Origin: Gammaproteobacteria bacterium
GTDB lineage: Bacteria > Pseudomonadota > Gammaproteobacteria > Steroidobacterales > Steroidobacteraceae
Reading direction: 5' to 3'
NCBI GenBank assembly: GCA_040004115.1
Contig: JBDUBO010000011.1
Coordinates: 77-64,076, forward strand
Length of the DNA: 64,000 nucleotides
Shown here: in pieces, positions 34,463-42,427 of the stretch
How positions within the stretch are numbered: the stretch's first letter is position 1
Layout of the letters: each line of letters starts with the position of its first letter
Position numbers and translations under genes: made by a program
The notes under the pieces: generated by a model
Told to the model about the DNA's origin: nothing
What the model saw: the letters and a program-made list of their open reading frames with translations, nothing else
Databases searched by the model: none

Positions 34463-34585
34463 ATGACCGGATCCAACAAGGCCGTCTTTCTCAGTTACGC
34501 GTCCAGGGACGCAGATGCCGCATGTCTGATTTGCGAGTCGTTGCGAGAGGCCGGGCGAATGGCATTTCCGAGTCCTGTTAGGTAG
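34463..34585 (+). pseudogene. 5' fragment of a TIR-domain gene (40 codons, then stop)
   Basis: MTGSNKAVFLSYASRDADAACLICESLREAG matches the conserved start of bacterial TIR domains (FLSYAS.D...A..I...L...G). The frame ends at TAG 34583-34585 and no continuation was found in other frames. Confidence 0.4.
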
Positions 34586-34769
34586 AAGCCGTTATGGAGA
34601 CATCGGATGTCCAAAAGATGATCGCCAAAAAGGAAGCGCTGCTCTGGTCCCGCTAATTCGTATACGATAGCGCTGCCGCTTGAGAATGGCAGGCGACCGA
34701 TTTGCGCCTGGCGGTTTATCGGCCGCATTCTGAATATATGATCTGGAACAATAAATATCAGGGGCTTCC

Positions 34770-35876
34770 ATGAAGATAGGAGTTCTGCGGATAACGGTCG
34801 CTGCGGTGCTATTCGTCACTCTTGGGTTCGCCACGGACAATGTACAGGCGGACGTCACCATTGAGCGCAGCATCGCCGTCGACGGCGTCGGGGCAATGGC
34901 GTTCGCGAATATGTCCGGCACCTCCAAGACCATCATTTCCGGCGACAAGTCGCGCACCGACAGCGACATGAAGATGCAGTCCAAAATCATTGGCTTTCTG
35001 GCTCGCAACACCGTAGGTCCAAGCGCCGACATCGTGCTGCTCGATCAGGACATGCTCTACCACCTTAACCTGGGCAAGAAGGAATACACCGAGACGACGT
35101 TCGAGCAGATGCGCGCAATAATGCAGAAGGCGTCTGATCAGATGAATTTAAACGCAGAAAAGAGGCAGCCGTCCGCGGTAGACCAGTCCAAGTGCCAATG
35201 GCTGCCGCCCAAGGTGGTAGTGAATAAGACAGGTGAGAAGGCACAATTCGCCGGCTACGATTCCGAGCGCGTTACCGTCACTGCGTCGCAGCCATGCGAA
35301 GACAAGGAAACGGGATCGATCTGCGAAGTTGCATTGGTAATGGATCAATGGACGTCAAACGAATTCTCGGAGAACGCCGAAGCACGGAAGTTCTATAACG
35401 CTTACGCCATGAAAATGGGCATGGACCCTTCGAATTCTCAGGACGCGTCCCAAAGAGCGAAGGCTCTGTTCGGTCAGTACAAAGGCATCTGGACAGAGAT
35501 CGCTTCAAAGATGCGGGACGTGAAAGGATATCCCTTGAAAAGCAGCTTTACACTGGCGCTCGGGGGCGCTCAGTGCAAAGACTCAAAGCCCGACCAGGCG
35601 CAATCGAACCGGTCTGACGACGCTTCGGCCAGCCCGAGCGGCATCGCAGGCGCGTTGGCAGGCAAACTCGGTGGCCTGTTCCATAAAAAGAAGGACGACC
35701 CGGACGCACCTGCCGCACAAACTACGCCCGCCGTTACGCCTGTCGCTCTGCCGGAAGGCGATGTGTCTTTGATGACCGTGTCATCACAGCTGGTTTCGGT
35801 GTCTTCAATTGGCGCGAGCGCCGACGCGTTCATCGTTCCAGTGGATTTCAAGAAACAAGAGCTGAAGACGCAATGA
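34770..35876 (+). CDS. secreted hypothetical protein (possibly DUF4412-like)
   Basis: Signal peptide MKIGVLRITVAAVLFVTLGFATDNVQA, Lys/Ser/Asp-rich composition, and an internal GIAGALAGKLGGLFHKKKDD linker. The region is visibly AT-richer than its surroundings. Confidence 0.6.
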   Translation: MKIGVLRITVAAVLFVTLGFATDNVQADVTIERSIAVDGVGAMAFANMSGTSKTIISGDKSRTDSDMKMQSKIIGFLARNTVGPSADIVLLDQDMLYHLNLGKKEYTETTFEQMRAIMQKASDQMNLNAEKRQPSAVDQSKCQWLPPKVVVNKTGEKAQFAGYDSERVTVTASQPCEDKETGSICEVALVMDQWTSNEFSENAEARKFYNAYAMKMGMDPSNSQDASQRAKALFGQYKGIWTEIASKMRDVKGYPLKSSFTLALGGAQCKDSKPDQAQSNRSDDASASPSGIAGALAGKLGGLFHKKKDDPDAPAAQTTPAVTPVALPEGDVSLMTVSSQLVSVSSIGASADAFIVPVDFKKQELKTQ

Positions 35877-36050
35877 ACCAAGGGCATCACCTCACTTGAA
35901 ATAAGAGATTATTGCGGCATCCCTGACAACCGTGCAGACAGCTTCTCCCACCCATAAAACGTGGTGAATGTCCTGATTGGAGTAGCGACAAGTGCTGCGC
36001 GCTTGTCGCGATGAACCTTCAAAGAACACGAAAGGGAGCTCTTGAAAGCC

Positions 36051-37649
36051 ATGAACTGCGGTGAGGCCGTAATGAAATTACTCTCGGCCTATAAGGTCGA
36101 CACCGTGTTCGGCATGGCAGGGACGATGACGGTCGAGTTGTATCGCGGCATCGCACTCGCAGGGATCCGGCATGTGCAGTGTCGCAATGAACAGGGCGCC
36201 AGCCTCATGGCAGACGGGTATGCGCGCGCGACTGGAAAGCCCGGCGTATGCACCATCATCGCCGGCCCCGGCGTCACCAACGCGGCCACCGGTATCGCCC
36301 AGGCTTATTGCGATTCGCAGCCCATGCTCGTGTTGTCCGGAGCCTGCGCCACACAGACTCAGGGGAAAGGCTGGGGACCGATCCACGAACTTGCAGATCA
36401 AGCCGCGGTGACAACCGGGTTCACCGCATTCAGTTCCATGGTGCGATATCCGGAAGACCTGCCGGAATTGATTGCCCGTGCCTATGCGGTGTTTCGCGGC
36501 AGCCGGCCGCGTCCGGTTCATTTGTCGCTGCCGCGGGATGTGCTGCCGCTGCCGGTCGCGGCCGGTTGGAAGACCCGCCGCTCTCCGTCCCTGCCTATGC
36601 CCGATCCGGCGACGATCGAGGAGGCCGCGGATCTGCTGGCACGGGCAAAGCGCCCGCTGATTCTGGTCGGCGGCGGCGCGGTCGGTACACGCCAGTCCCT
36701 GACCCACATCGCCGAGTACATCGGGGCTCCGGTACTTTCCACCAATGCCGGCAAGGGCATACTTCCGGAATCGCATTCGTTGTCCCTGGGCGCCTCGATC
36801 GTGCGAAAGTCCAGCCAGGACGCGCTGGCCGATGCCGATGTGGTTCTGTTGGTGGGCTCGGAAGTCGGCATGGGCGACAGCTTCTTGCCGACACTCGATA
36901 TTCCAGGCGACATCGTGCGGATTGACATCGATCCCATGGAACTCACTTCGGTGTATCCAGCCGCGGTGCCCATTCAAGCCGATGCCCGTGCCGCGATGAT
37001 CGCCCTATGGTCCGCACTCTCGGGCCGCAAGCCTGCTTCGCAGCGGCCGCAAGGAGAGATCCGGACCAGGGATGTTCTCGCGCACATAGCCGCGACAATG
37101 AGCGAGGTGGAAAAAAAGCACGCACGCGTGTGGAAAATCGTGCGTTCAGTTCTTCCTGCGGACGCGATCGTGATGGGCGATGCTTCGCAGATCGTGTACT
37201 CCGGCTCTTACGCCATGCCGATGGAACAGGAGCGCTGTTGGTACTATTCCGGCACCTACTGTGCGCTGGGTGTGGCCTTGCCCATGGCCATCGGCGCCAA
37301 GATCGGCGCGCCGCATCGGCCGGTGCTCGCCGTCGCCGGCGACGGCGGGTTCATGTTCACCGTCAACGAGCTAGCCACCGCGGTGGAAGAACGCCTCGCG
37401 CTGCCGGTCATTGTGTGGAACAACGACGCCCTGAAGGCGATTGTGGACGAGATGGACGAGCGGCATATTCCGCGCATCGGTGTGGAACCGAAAAGCCCCG
37501 ACTTGCTGACATTGGCGAAGAGCCTCGGTTGTAATGCCGTTCGTGCGGCGAGCGCCGATCATCTGGCGCAATCGCTGCGGGACGCTCTCGATGCGGATCG
37601 TCCCACTCTGATCGAAGTCCGTGAAGATAGCCCCTGGCTAGCGGCATAA
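36051..37649 (+). CDS. thiamine-pyrophosphate-dependent enzyme (acetolactate synthase large-subunit-like / 2-oxoacid decarboxylase family)
   Basis: N-terminal Pyr domain (GASLMADGYARATGKPGVCTIIAGPGVTNAATGI) and TPP motif GDGGFMFTVNELATA...WNN. ATG 36051 has GGGAG upstream; the supplied ORF starts at TTG 36042. Confidence 0.85.
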   Translation: MNCGEAVMKLLSAYKVDTVFGMAGTMTVELYRGIALAGIRHVQCRNEQGASLMADGYARATGKPGVCTIIAGPGVTNAATGIAQAYCDSQPMLVLSGACATQTQGKGWGPIHELADQAAVTTGFTAFSSMVRYPEDLPELIARAYAVFRGSRPRPVHLSLPRDVLPLPVAAGWKTRRSPSLPMPDPATIEEAADLLARAKRPLILVGGGAVGTRQSLTHIAEYIGAPVLSTNAGKGILPESHSLSLGASIVRKSSQDALADADVVLLVGSEVGMGDSFLPTLDIPGDIVRIDIDPMELTSVYPAAVPIQADARAAMIALWSALSGRKPASQRPQGEIRTRDVLAHIAATMSEVEKKHARVWKIVRSVLPADAIVMGDASQIVYSGSYAMPMEQERCWYYSGTYCALGVALPMAIGAKIGAPHRPVLAVAGDGGFMFTVNELATAVEERLALPVIVWNNDALKAIVDEMDERHIPRIGVEPKSPDLLTLAKSLGCNAVRAASADHLAQSLRDALDADRPTLIEVREDSPWLAA

Positions 37650-37727
37650 GCCACTGGGTCTGGCCGACCGCGTCTAGCCGACCGCGTCTATGCAGGGTTT
37701 TCTAAACGTGGGAGCACGCGGTGTAGG

Positions 37728-38732
37728 TTAGCCGGGATCATGCGCGCGAGGACGTCGCAGCGGGTTCTGGTCGTTAATCTGGTCGCGTGGACGGTAGGGC
37801 GCCTCGAGGAAGTCCCGCTCCGCGGCGTCGAGCTTAAGTCCCAGCGCCTCCACCGCGACGTCGAGGTGCTTGGTCTTCGCAGCACCCACAATGGGAACGT
37901 TGTGATGGCTGTTGCCCGCGACCCAGGCCATCGCGACGTGTGCGGCGCTCACCTCCCGGCGCGCGGCAAGCTCGCGCACGCGGCGCGCTATCTCACGATC
38001 GACTGCGTCGCCGTAGAATTCCTGATAGACATCGTGGGCGGTACGCGCGGTTCCCGCGGCCCCGGCGTCGCGCGCCAGGAAGCCGCGCGCCAAGGGACTG
38101 AAAGTCGTGACGGCAATTCCTTGGTCCCGGCAGTAAGGCAGCATCTCCCGCTCCTCTTCACGATAGAGCACGTTGTACTGGCACTGCATGTTGACGAATC
38201 GCGTCCAGCCGTTCATTGCCGCCGCGTGGTTCATCTTGGCGAACTGCCACGTGTACATCGTGGAGGCGCCGAGATAGCGCGCTTTGCCGGCACGGACGAT
38301 GTCGTGCAGCGCCTCCATCGTCTCCTCCACCGGTGTAGCCGCATCGAAGGCATGAATCACGTAAAGATCGACGTAGTCGGTACCTATTCGCGCCAGCGAC
38401 CGGTCTATTGAGGCCGCAATGTGCTTGCGCGACAGGCCGCGATCATTCGGGCCATCGCTCATCGGATAGTAGACCTTGGTGGCGAGTACGAGTCGCTCGC
38501 GCGCACTCATCTTGAGCAGGTTCTGGCCAACGACCTCCTCGTTACGGCCGACGGAATACCAGTCGGCCATATCGAAGAAGGTGATGCCGAGGTCGAGGGC
38601 GCGCCGCAGGATGGGAATCGAATCGTTCTCGTCCAGCACCCAGCCCTTCCAGGCGGAACTGCCCATCGACATCGTGCCGAGGCAGAGCTGCGACACCTTG
38701 AGGCCCGTCTGCCCGAACCGTGTGTAATCCAT
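37728..38732 (-). CDS. aldo/keto reductase
   Basis: MDYTRFGQTGLKVSQLCLGTMSMG and LDLGITFFDMADWY are typical of AKR family members. Confidence 0.9.
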   Translation of the reverse strand: MDYTRFGQTGLKVSQLCLGTMSMGSSAWKGWVLDENDSIPILRRALDLGITFFDMADWYSVGRNEEVVGQNLLKMSARERLVLATKVYYPMSDGPNDRGLSRKHIAASIDRSLARIGTDYVDLYVIHAFDAATPVEETMEALHDIVRAGKARYLGASTMYTWQFAKMNHAAAMNGWTRFVNMQCQYNVLYREEEREMLPYCRDQGIAVTTFSPLARGFLARDAGAAGTARTAHDVYQEFYGDAVDREIARRVRELAARREVSAAHVAMAWVAGNSHHNVPIVGAAKTKHLDVAVEALGLKLDAAERDFLEAPYRPRDQINDQNPLRRPRAHDPG

Positions 38733-38961
38733 GCTAAACCCACTCCCGCCGTGTATTTGTTTTCGTGACGATTTGGTATTTTGACACGGTTCCGGCAGTG
38801 ATCTAAATGTCGCAAAACGGACCAGGGCAGCCCGAATGGGGCGTTGGACTTTTCAGCCTCGTCGAATGGCCAGGGCTACGCTACGAAATGCGATGCGGTC
38901 ACTCTGTACGATAGCGTACAGATCGATCCCGCAAACTATCGATGAAGACATTGCGGATTGA

Positions 38962-39534
38962 GTGCAAAATAAGTCCATAGGCACCTGGATGAACAAAATA
39001 ACACCAAGAGATTTTCGCAATGCCTTCGTCGCGGTCATGAAGACCGAGGAAGACGGATTTCGAACGGCGATCGGCTTCGAGACGAAGTCTTATAATTACT
39101 TCATGCGATCGACCATCTATCCCAGGATTGGCAGACATCTCGGCTTGCTGTCTTGGAATAAGGAGTACTACACGCTCGATGGAATGCTCTATGAAGAGCG
39201 CGGCATGGACGACACCGGCAAATACGCCACCTATGCGAACTGGGTCTCAGTAGCAATCGAACACGAGAACGATGCAACCCGGGCACAGGAAACCATGAAC
39301 AAGCTGCAGTTGTTCAACGCGCCGCTCAAGGTTCTGATCACTTACTCGGCAGCGGGTCCCGGCACCGATTCATTGTTGAGAAAGTACGAGAACATCATCA
39401 AAGCCTCCGATGTCTTCAATGATTTTGCGACTCTGAGGCAGCAACTGGTCATCCTGGGAACACCAAAAGCGGCAGCCGACTGGCGCTTTTACGCCTACGA
39501 AAATGACGGTTTTGTTTTGATGCTCCCGACCTGA
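38962..39534 (+). CDS. orphan hypothetical protein in an AT-richer patch
   Basis: 190-aa ORF with normal-looking composition (alternative ATG at 38989). The strand-like pattern YYTLDGMLYEE ... WVSVAIEHEND ... LKVLITY is faintly reminiscent of a PD-(D/E)xK core, but no family was recognised. Confidence 0.5.
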   Translation: MQNKSIGTWMNKITPRDFRNAFVAVMKTEEDGFRTAIGFETKSYNYFMRSTIYPRIGRHLGLLSWNKEYYTLDGMLYEERGMDDTGKYATYANWVSVAIEHENDATRAQETMNKLQLFNAPLKVLITYSAAGPGTDSLLRKYENIIKASDVFNDFATLRQQLVILGTPKAAADWRFYAYENDGFVLMLPT

Positions 39535-39588
39535 AGTCGGCGGCTCGGCTGCGGGGCGCCACGGTCGCGGCTGCGCGCATCGTTCGCT

Positions 39589-40065
39589 CTAGTGAGCGCT
39601 CTCGTCGAGCGCGGCGACTTCGTCCGCAGTGATCCTGTCTTTGTAATGATTGCCGAAATTCGCACGGACATAGTTCACGACGGCTGCTATCTGCGCGTTG
39701 CTGAGTGTCGCGGGCGCGCCGGCGAATCCGATGGCGTGTTTGTCGCCAAAAGCCGGCATATTTCGCCTTCCCTTCAATATCGTGAGCGCCATGTATTGAC
39801 GCGACCCCAAGCTCGGGTCCTTCGCGAGTGGCGGATAACGACCGGCGCCGACTGCACCCTGCGCGTCGGGCATGTGGCAACCTTGACAAATATGCTGGTA
39901 GACCTGCCTTCCATCGATCGCGTTGAGCGGCGTCGGATCCATGATACCCACGGTATCCGCGAGTGCCGACGCTTCCATAAAAACGGCGAGCATCAGTACG
40001 ACAGAAACGACGACACCGGCGCAAAGGCAGCGCGCGGCTGTAGGAGACAGTGGTGGTCTGTTCAT
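39589..40065 (-). CDS. periplasmic mono-haem c-type cytochrome
   Basis: Signal peptide, haem motif CQGCH and a distal Met region (RRNMPAF). The start codon overlaps the stop of the upstream amine oxidase gene (ATGA). Confidence 0.85.
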   Translation of the reverse strand: MNRPPLSPTAARCLCAGVVVSVVLMLAVFMEASALADTVGIMDPTPLNAIDGRQVYQHICQGCHMPDAQGAVGAGRYPPLAKDPSLGSRQYMALTILKGRRNMPAFGDKHAIGFAGAPATLSNAQIAAVVNYVRANFGNHYKDRITADEVAALDESAH

Positions 40066-41681
40066 GCCGCGGCGCCCGCCGCCAGCGCCCGCCGATGCAG
40101 ACGGTCAATCGCATCCAACGCCGAGGTGACTGCTCCCTCCTGCCACGCGGGCAGATAGGACGCGTGTTCTCCTGCCAGAACGATCCGACCGTCAAAGGCG
40201 CACAGATTATCGTAGTGCTCGGTCCGGTTGGCGTCAGACCATAGCCCGAAGCAACCCATTGCGGACGGCACCCGATGCCAGGCGACCGCGATCCCGTTCT
40301 CAAATTCTTTCGCGTATTGCGGATGAATTTGGCCGCCGAATTCGACGGTCTTGGCCACGCGTTCTTCGGGCGTCATCGACGTGAAGTCCATCGAATTGAT
40401 CATGTCCCAGATATAGGCGCCCAGCAGTACACCCTTGCCGTCTGCGAAAAAATGACTGCTGGGATAGCTGATTTGACCGATCGGCAAGTCGGTATAGGTG
40501 ATGCCGCCGTAGATCTGCTCGTCTTCCTCCCAGAAGCGTCGCTTGAACTGCAAGCCGACCTTAAGTCCCGTGCTATAGGGAACCGCGGCGATCGCCTTGG
40601 CCATGGGATCACCGACGTTCAACGGAATCTGGCTCAGAATCGACAGCGGTATCGTACAGACACACCAGTCCGCTCGCGCTGTCTGCCGGGCGGAACCCGC
40701 GGCAAGATCTTCAAACGTGGCGCTGACACCTTGCTCGTCTTGTCGGATCTCGACGATCTTGGCGTTGTAGCGGATTAAGGAGCCGAGCTCGCGCCCAAAA
40801 GCCTGACCCACCCTACCCATGCCGCCCACCGGCTGGAACATCGTCGTTTGCATGTCGTACATTTCACCGAGAGGCAGCGCTGCCCATAGCCCGGAGTTCA
40901 GCAGCTCCCCCAAGCCGACAGGCTCCGAGAAGACCGGCCGTGCACTCAAACCGCCGCCCGGATCGCGCTCGAAGCCACGCCGCTCGCTGCTGTCGGGACC
41001 CTTCACGAATCGGTAATTCTTGTCGAGCGCGCCCCAGAAGCGCAGCGAGTCGAGCAGTATCGCCCGATCTTCCGCCGTCACGTCGGCGTCGAGCGCGTTA
41101 CTTCGGGTTGCCTTCGCCAGCAGTTCAGCGACATGTCCGCTGAAGTCCGCCTTGACGGCGCGCAATCGCTGCGGCTTGCCGCTGAACGCCTTGCGGCTGT
41201 GCACGTATGCGTTGTGGTTGATTTGCACAAACGGTTCCAGCGCGACGCCGAGCCGCTTGCAGTAGCTCAGCATTCCCTGGTGGTGATAGGGCAGCCGCCA
41301 CGGACCCGGATTGATGTACAGGTCCTGATCGAACCGGCACTCCTGAGTCTGACCGCCCAATTCCGTGTAACGATCGCCCCCGCGCAGTGTCCAGTTGCGG
41401 CCGCCGGCACGGGCGTTGTACTCCAGGACTTGGACCTGGTAGCCGGCATTGCGCAATTCGTAGGCGGTCACGAGTCCGGCCATCCCCGCACCCAGCACCA
41501 GAACCGAAGCGCCCTGCGGTGCCGCGCTCAACTTGACCGGCCCGCGGTAATTCGATTCGGCCGCATAGCCCAGACTGTGCATGGCCTGGTACATCGCGGT
41601 ACTTCCCGCGCTTAGCCCAATCATGGCGAGCAGCCGTCGCCGCGAAATTGATGTTGCCGATTTTTCCGTCATGCCAGCCAC
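40062..41681 (-). CDS. Tat-exported flavin-dependent amine oxidase family protein
   Basis: Twin-arginine signal SRRRLLAMIGLSAGS, FAD dinucleotide motif VLVLGAGMAGLVTAYEL and the C-terminal flavin amine oxidase signature (VLAGEHAS). Confidence 0.85.
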   Translation of the reverse strand: MAGMTEKSATSISRRRLLAMIGLSAGSTAMYQAMHSLGYAAESNYRGPVKLSAAPQGASVLVLGAGMAGLVTAYELRNAGYQVQVLEYNARAGGRNWTLRGGDRYTELGGQTQECRFDQDLYINPGPWRLPYHHQGMLSYCKRLGVALEPFVQINHNAYVHSRKAFSGKPQRLRAVKADFSGHVAELLAKATRSNALDADVTAEDRAILLDSLRFWGALDKNYRFVKGPDSSERRGFERDPGGGLSARPVFSEPVGLGELLNSGLWAALPLGEMYDMQTTMFQPVGGMGRVGQAFGRELGSLIRYNAKIVEIRQDEQGVSATFEDLAAGSARQTARADWCVCTIPLSILSQIPLNVGDPMAKAIAAVPYSTGLKVGLQFKRRFWEEDEQIYGGITYTDLPIGQISYPSSHFFADGKGVLLGAYIWDMINSMDFTSMTPEERVAKTVEFGGQIHPQYAKEFENGIAVAWHRVPSAMGCFGLWSDANRTEHYDNLCAFDGRIVLAGEHASYLPAWQEGAVTSALDAIDRLHRRALAAGAAA

Positions 41682-41783
41682 CTTCGAGCAAGGCGGACAG
41701 CATAGCGTGGAATGCCAGCGGCCGCTTAGCGACGCGGTGTATTTGCGCGGGGTCGCTATCTAGCGAATAGGATCGGCCGATTT

Positions 41784-42242
41784 TTGTCTACACTGTTGCT
41801 AATGGGCATTCATCTGCCGAATCGAATCAAGGCCTGGATCAACTGCATTGGGCTGGGGATCTGGATCTCGGGCGCCGCATGGCTGATCGTCCACTACTGG
41901 CTCGAGCCACCAGATGCGCTGGGCCTGCCTGTCAATCCGGCAGGTCCGTGGTGGCTCAAGGTACATGGAGCGTTTGCATTTCTCGCGATCTGGACCGGCG
42001 GCCTAGTGTGGGGCCTGCATGTTGTCAAAGCATGGCGCCGACGACGTCACCGGTGGAGCGGCGGCATACTCTTAAGCTCATTGATTCTGCTGATCGCCAG
42101 TGGCTATCTTCTGTACTACGTTGGTGAGGAGCGAGCGCGGCAGGGCATTTCACTGCTGCACTGGATTCTGGGGCTGCTGATTCCGATTGGATACCTAACC
42201 CACCGACTCGCCAAGCAGCTCCCACGCAGCCGTCATCGCTGA
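41784..42242 (+). CDS. four-helix integral membrane protein with conserved-looking His residues (function unknown)
   Basis: 152 aa with four hydrophobic segments. His residues sit near helix ends (IVHYW, LKVHGAF, GLHVVKAW, LLHWILG). TTG start. Confidence 0.5.
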   Translation: MSTLLLMGIHLPNRIKAWINCIGLGIWISGAAWLIVHYWLEPPDALGLPVNPAGPWWLKVHGAFAFLAIWTGGLVWGLHVVKAWRRRRHRWSGGILLSSLILLIASGYLLYYVGEERARQGISLLHWILGLLIPIGYLTHRLAKQLPRSRHR

Positions 42243-42342
42243 AGCCCTGCGACCTCCCGGTGGTGCGCCGGCGGGCCATTGGTTTTCCACTCAACGATTA
42301 GATGCCCGCGTAAGCCGCTGATTCACTAGGTTGGATTAGTTA

Positions 42343-42371
42343 TTGCTAATACGAATCATTCTCATTATAGT
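42343..42371 (+). promoter_or_regulatory. sigma70-type promoter (TTGCTA-17 nt-TATAGT) overlapped by a Fur-box-like AT-rich element
   Basis: TTGCTA at 42343-48 and TATAGT at 42366-71. The 19-mer ACGAATCATTCTCATTATA (42351-69) matches GATAATGATAATCATTATC at 12 of 19 positions. This is the only strongly AT-rich patch upstream of the porin gene. Confidence 0.4.
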
Positions 42372-42427
42372 TCGTTCTTAGATATACGGGGTCCCGCAGC
42401 CCGGATGCCGTCGAGGATCGCAACCCA

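Noticed and set aside
30675-36050. Intact integrative island or prophage at the tRNA 3' end
   Set aside because: No integrase, excisionase, transposase or phage genes are present, and I could not find a direct repeat of the tRNA 3' end downstream. Only an eroded accessory region is supported.
36078-36977. Other long antisense ORFs inside the TPP-enzyme gene (36078-36977), DUF1348 gene (21596-22234), FMN_bind/apbE genes (43845-44594), epimerase gene (56054-57184), amine oxidase gene (41125-41703) and DUF885/M14 genes (48872-50137)
   Set aside because: All lie opposite ORFs with strong family motifs and have the Arg/Gly/Pro-biased composition of non-coding frames in GC-rich DNA.
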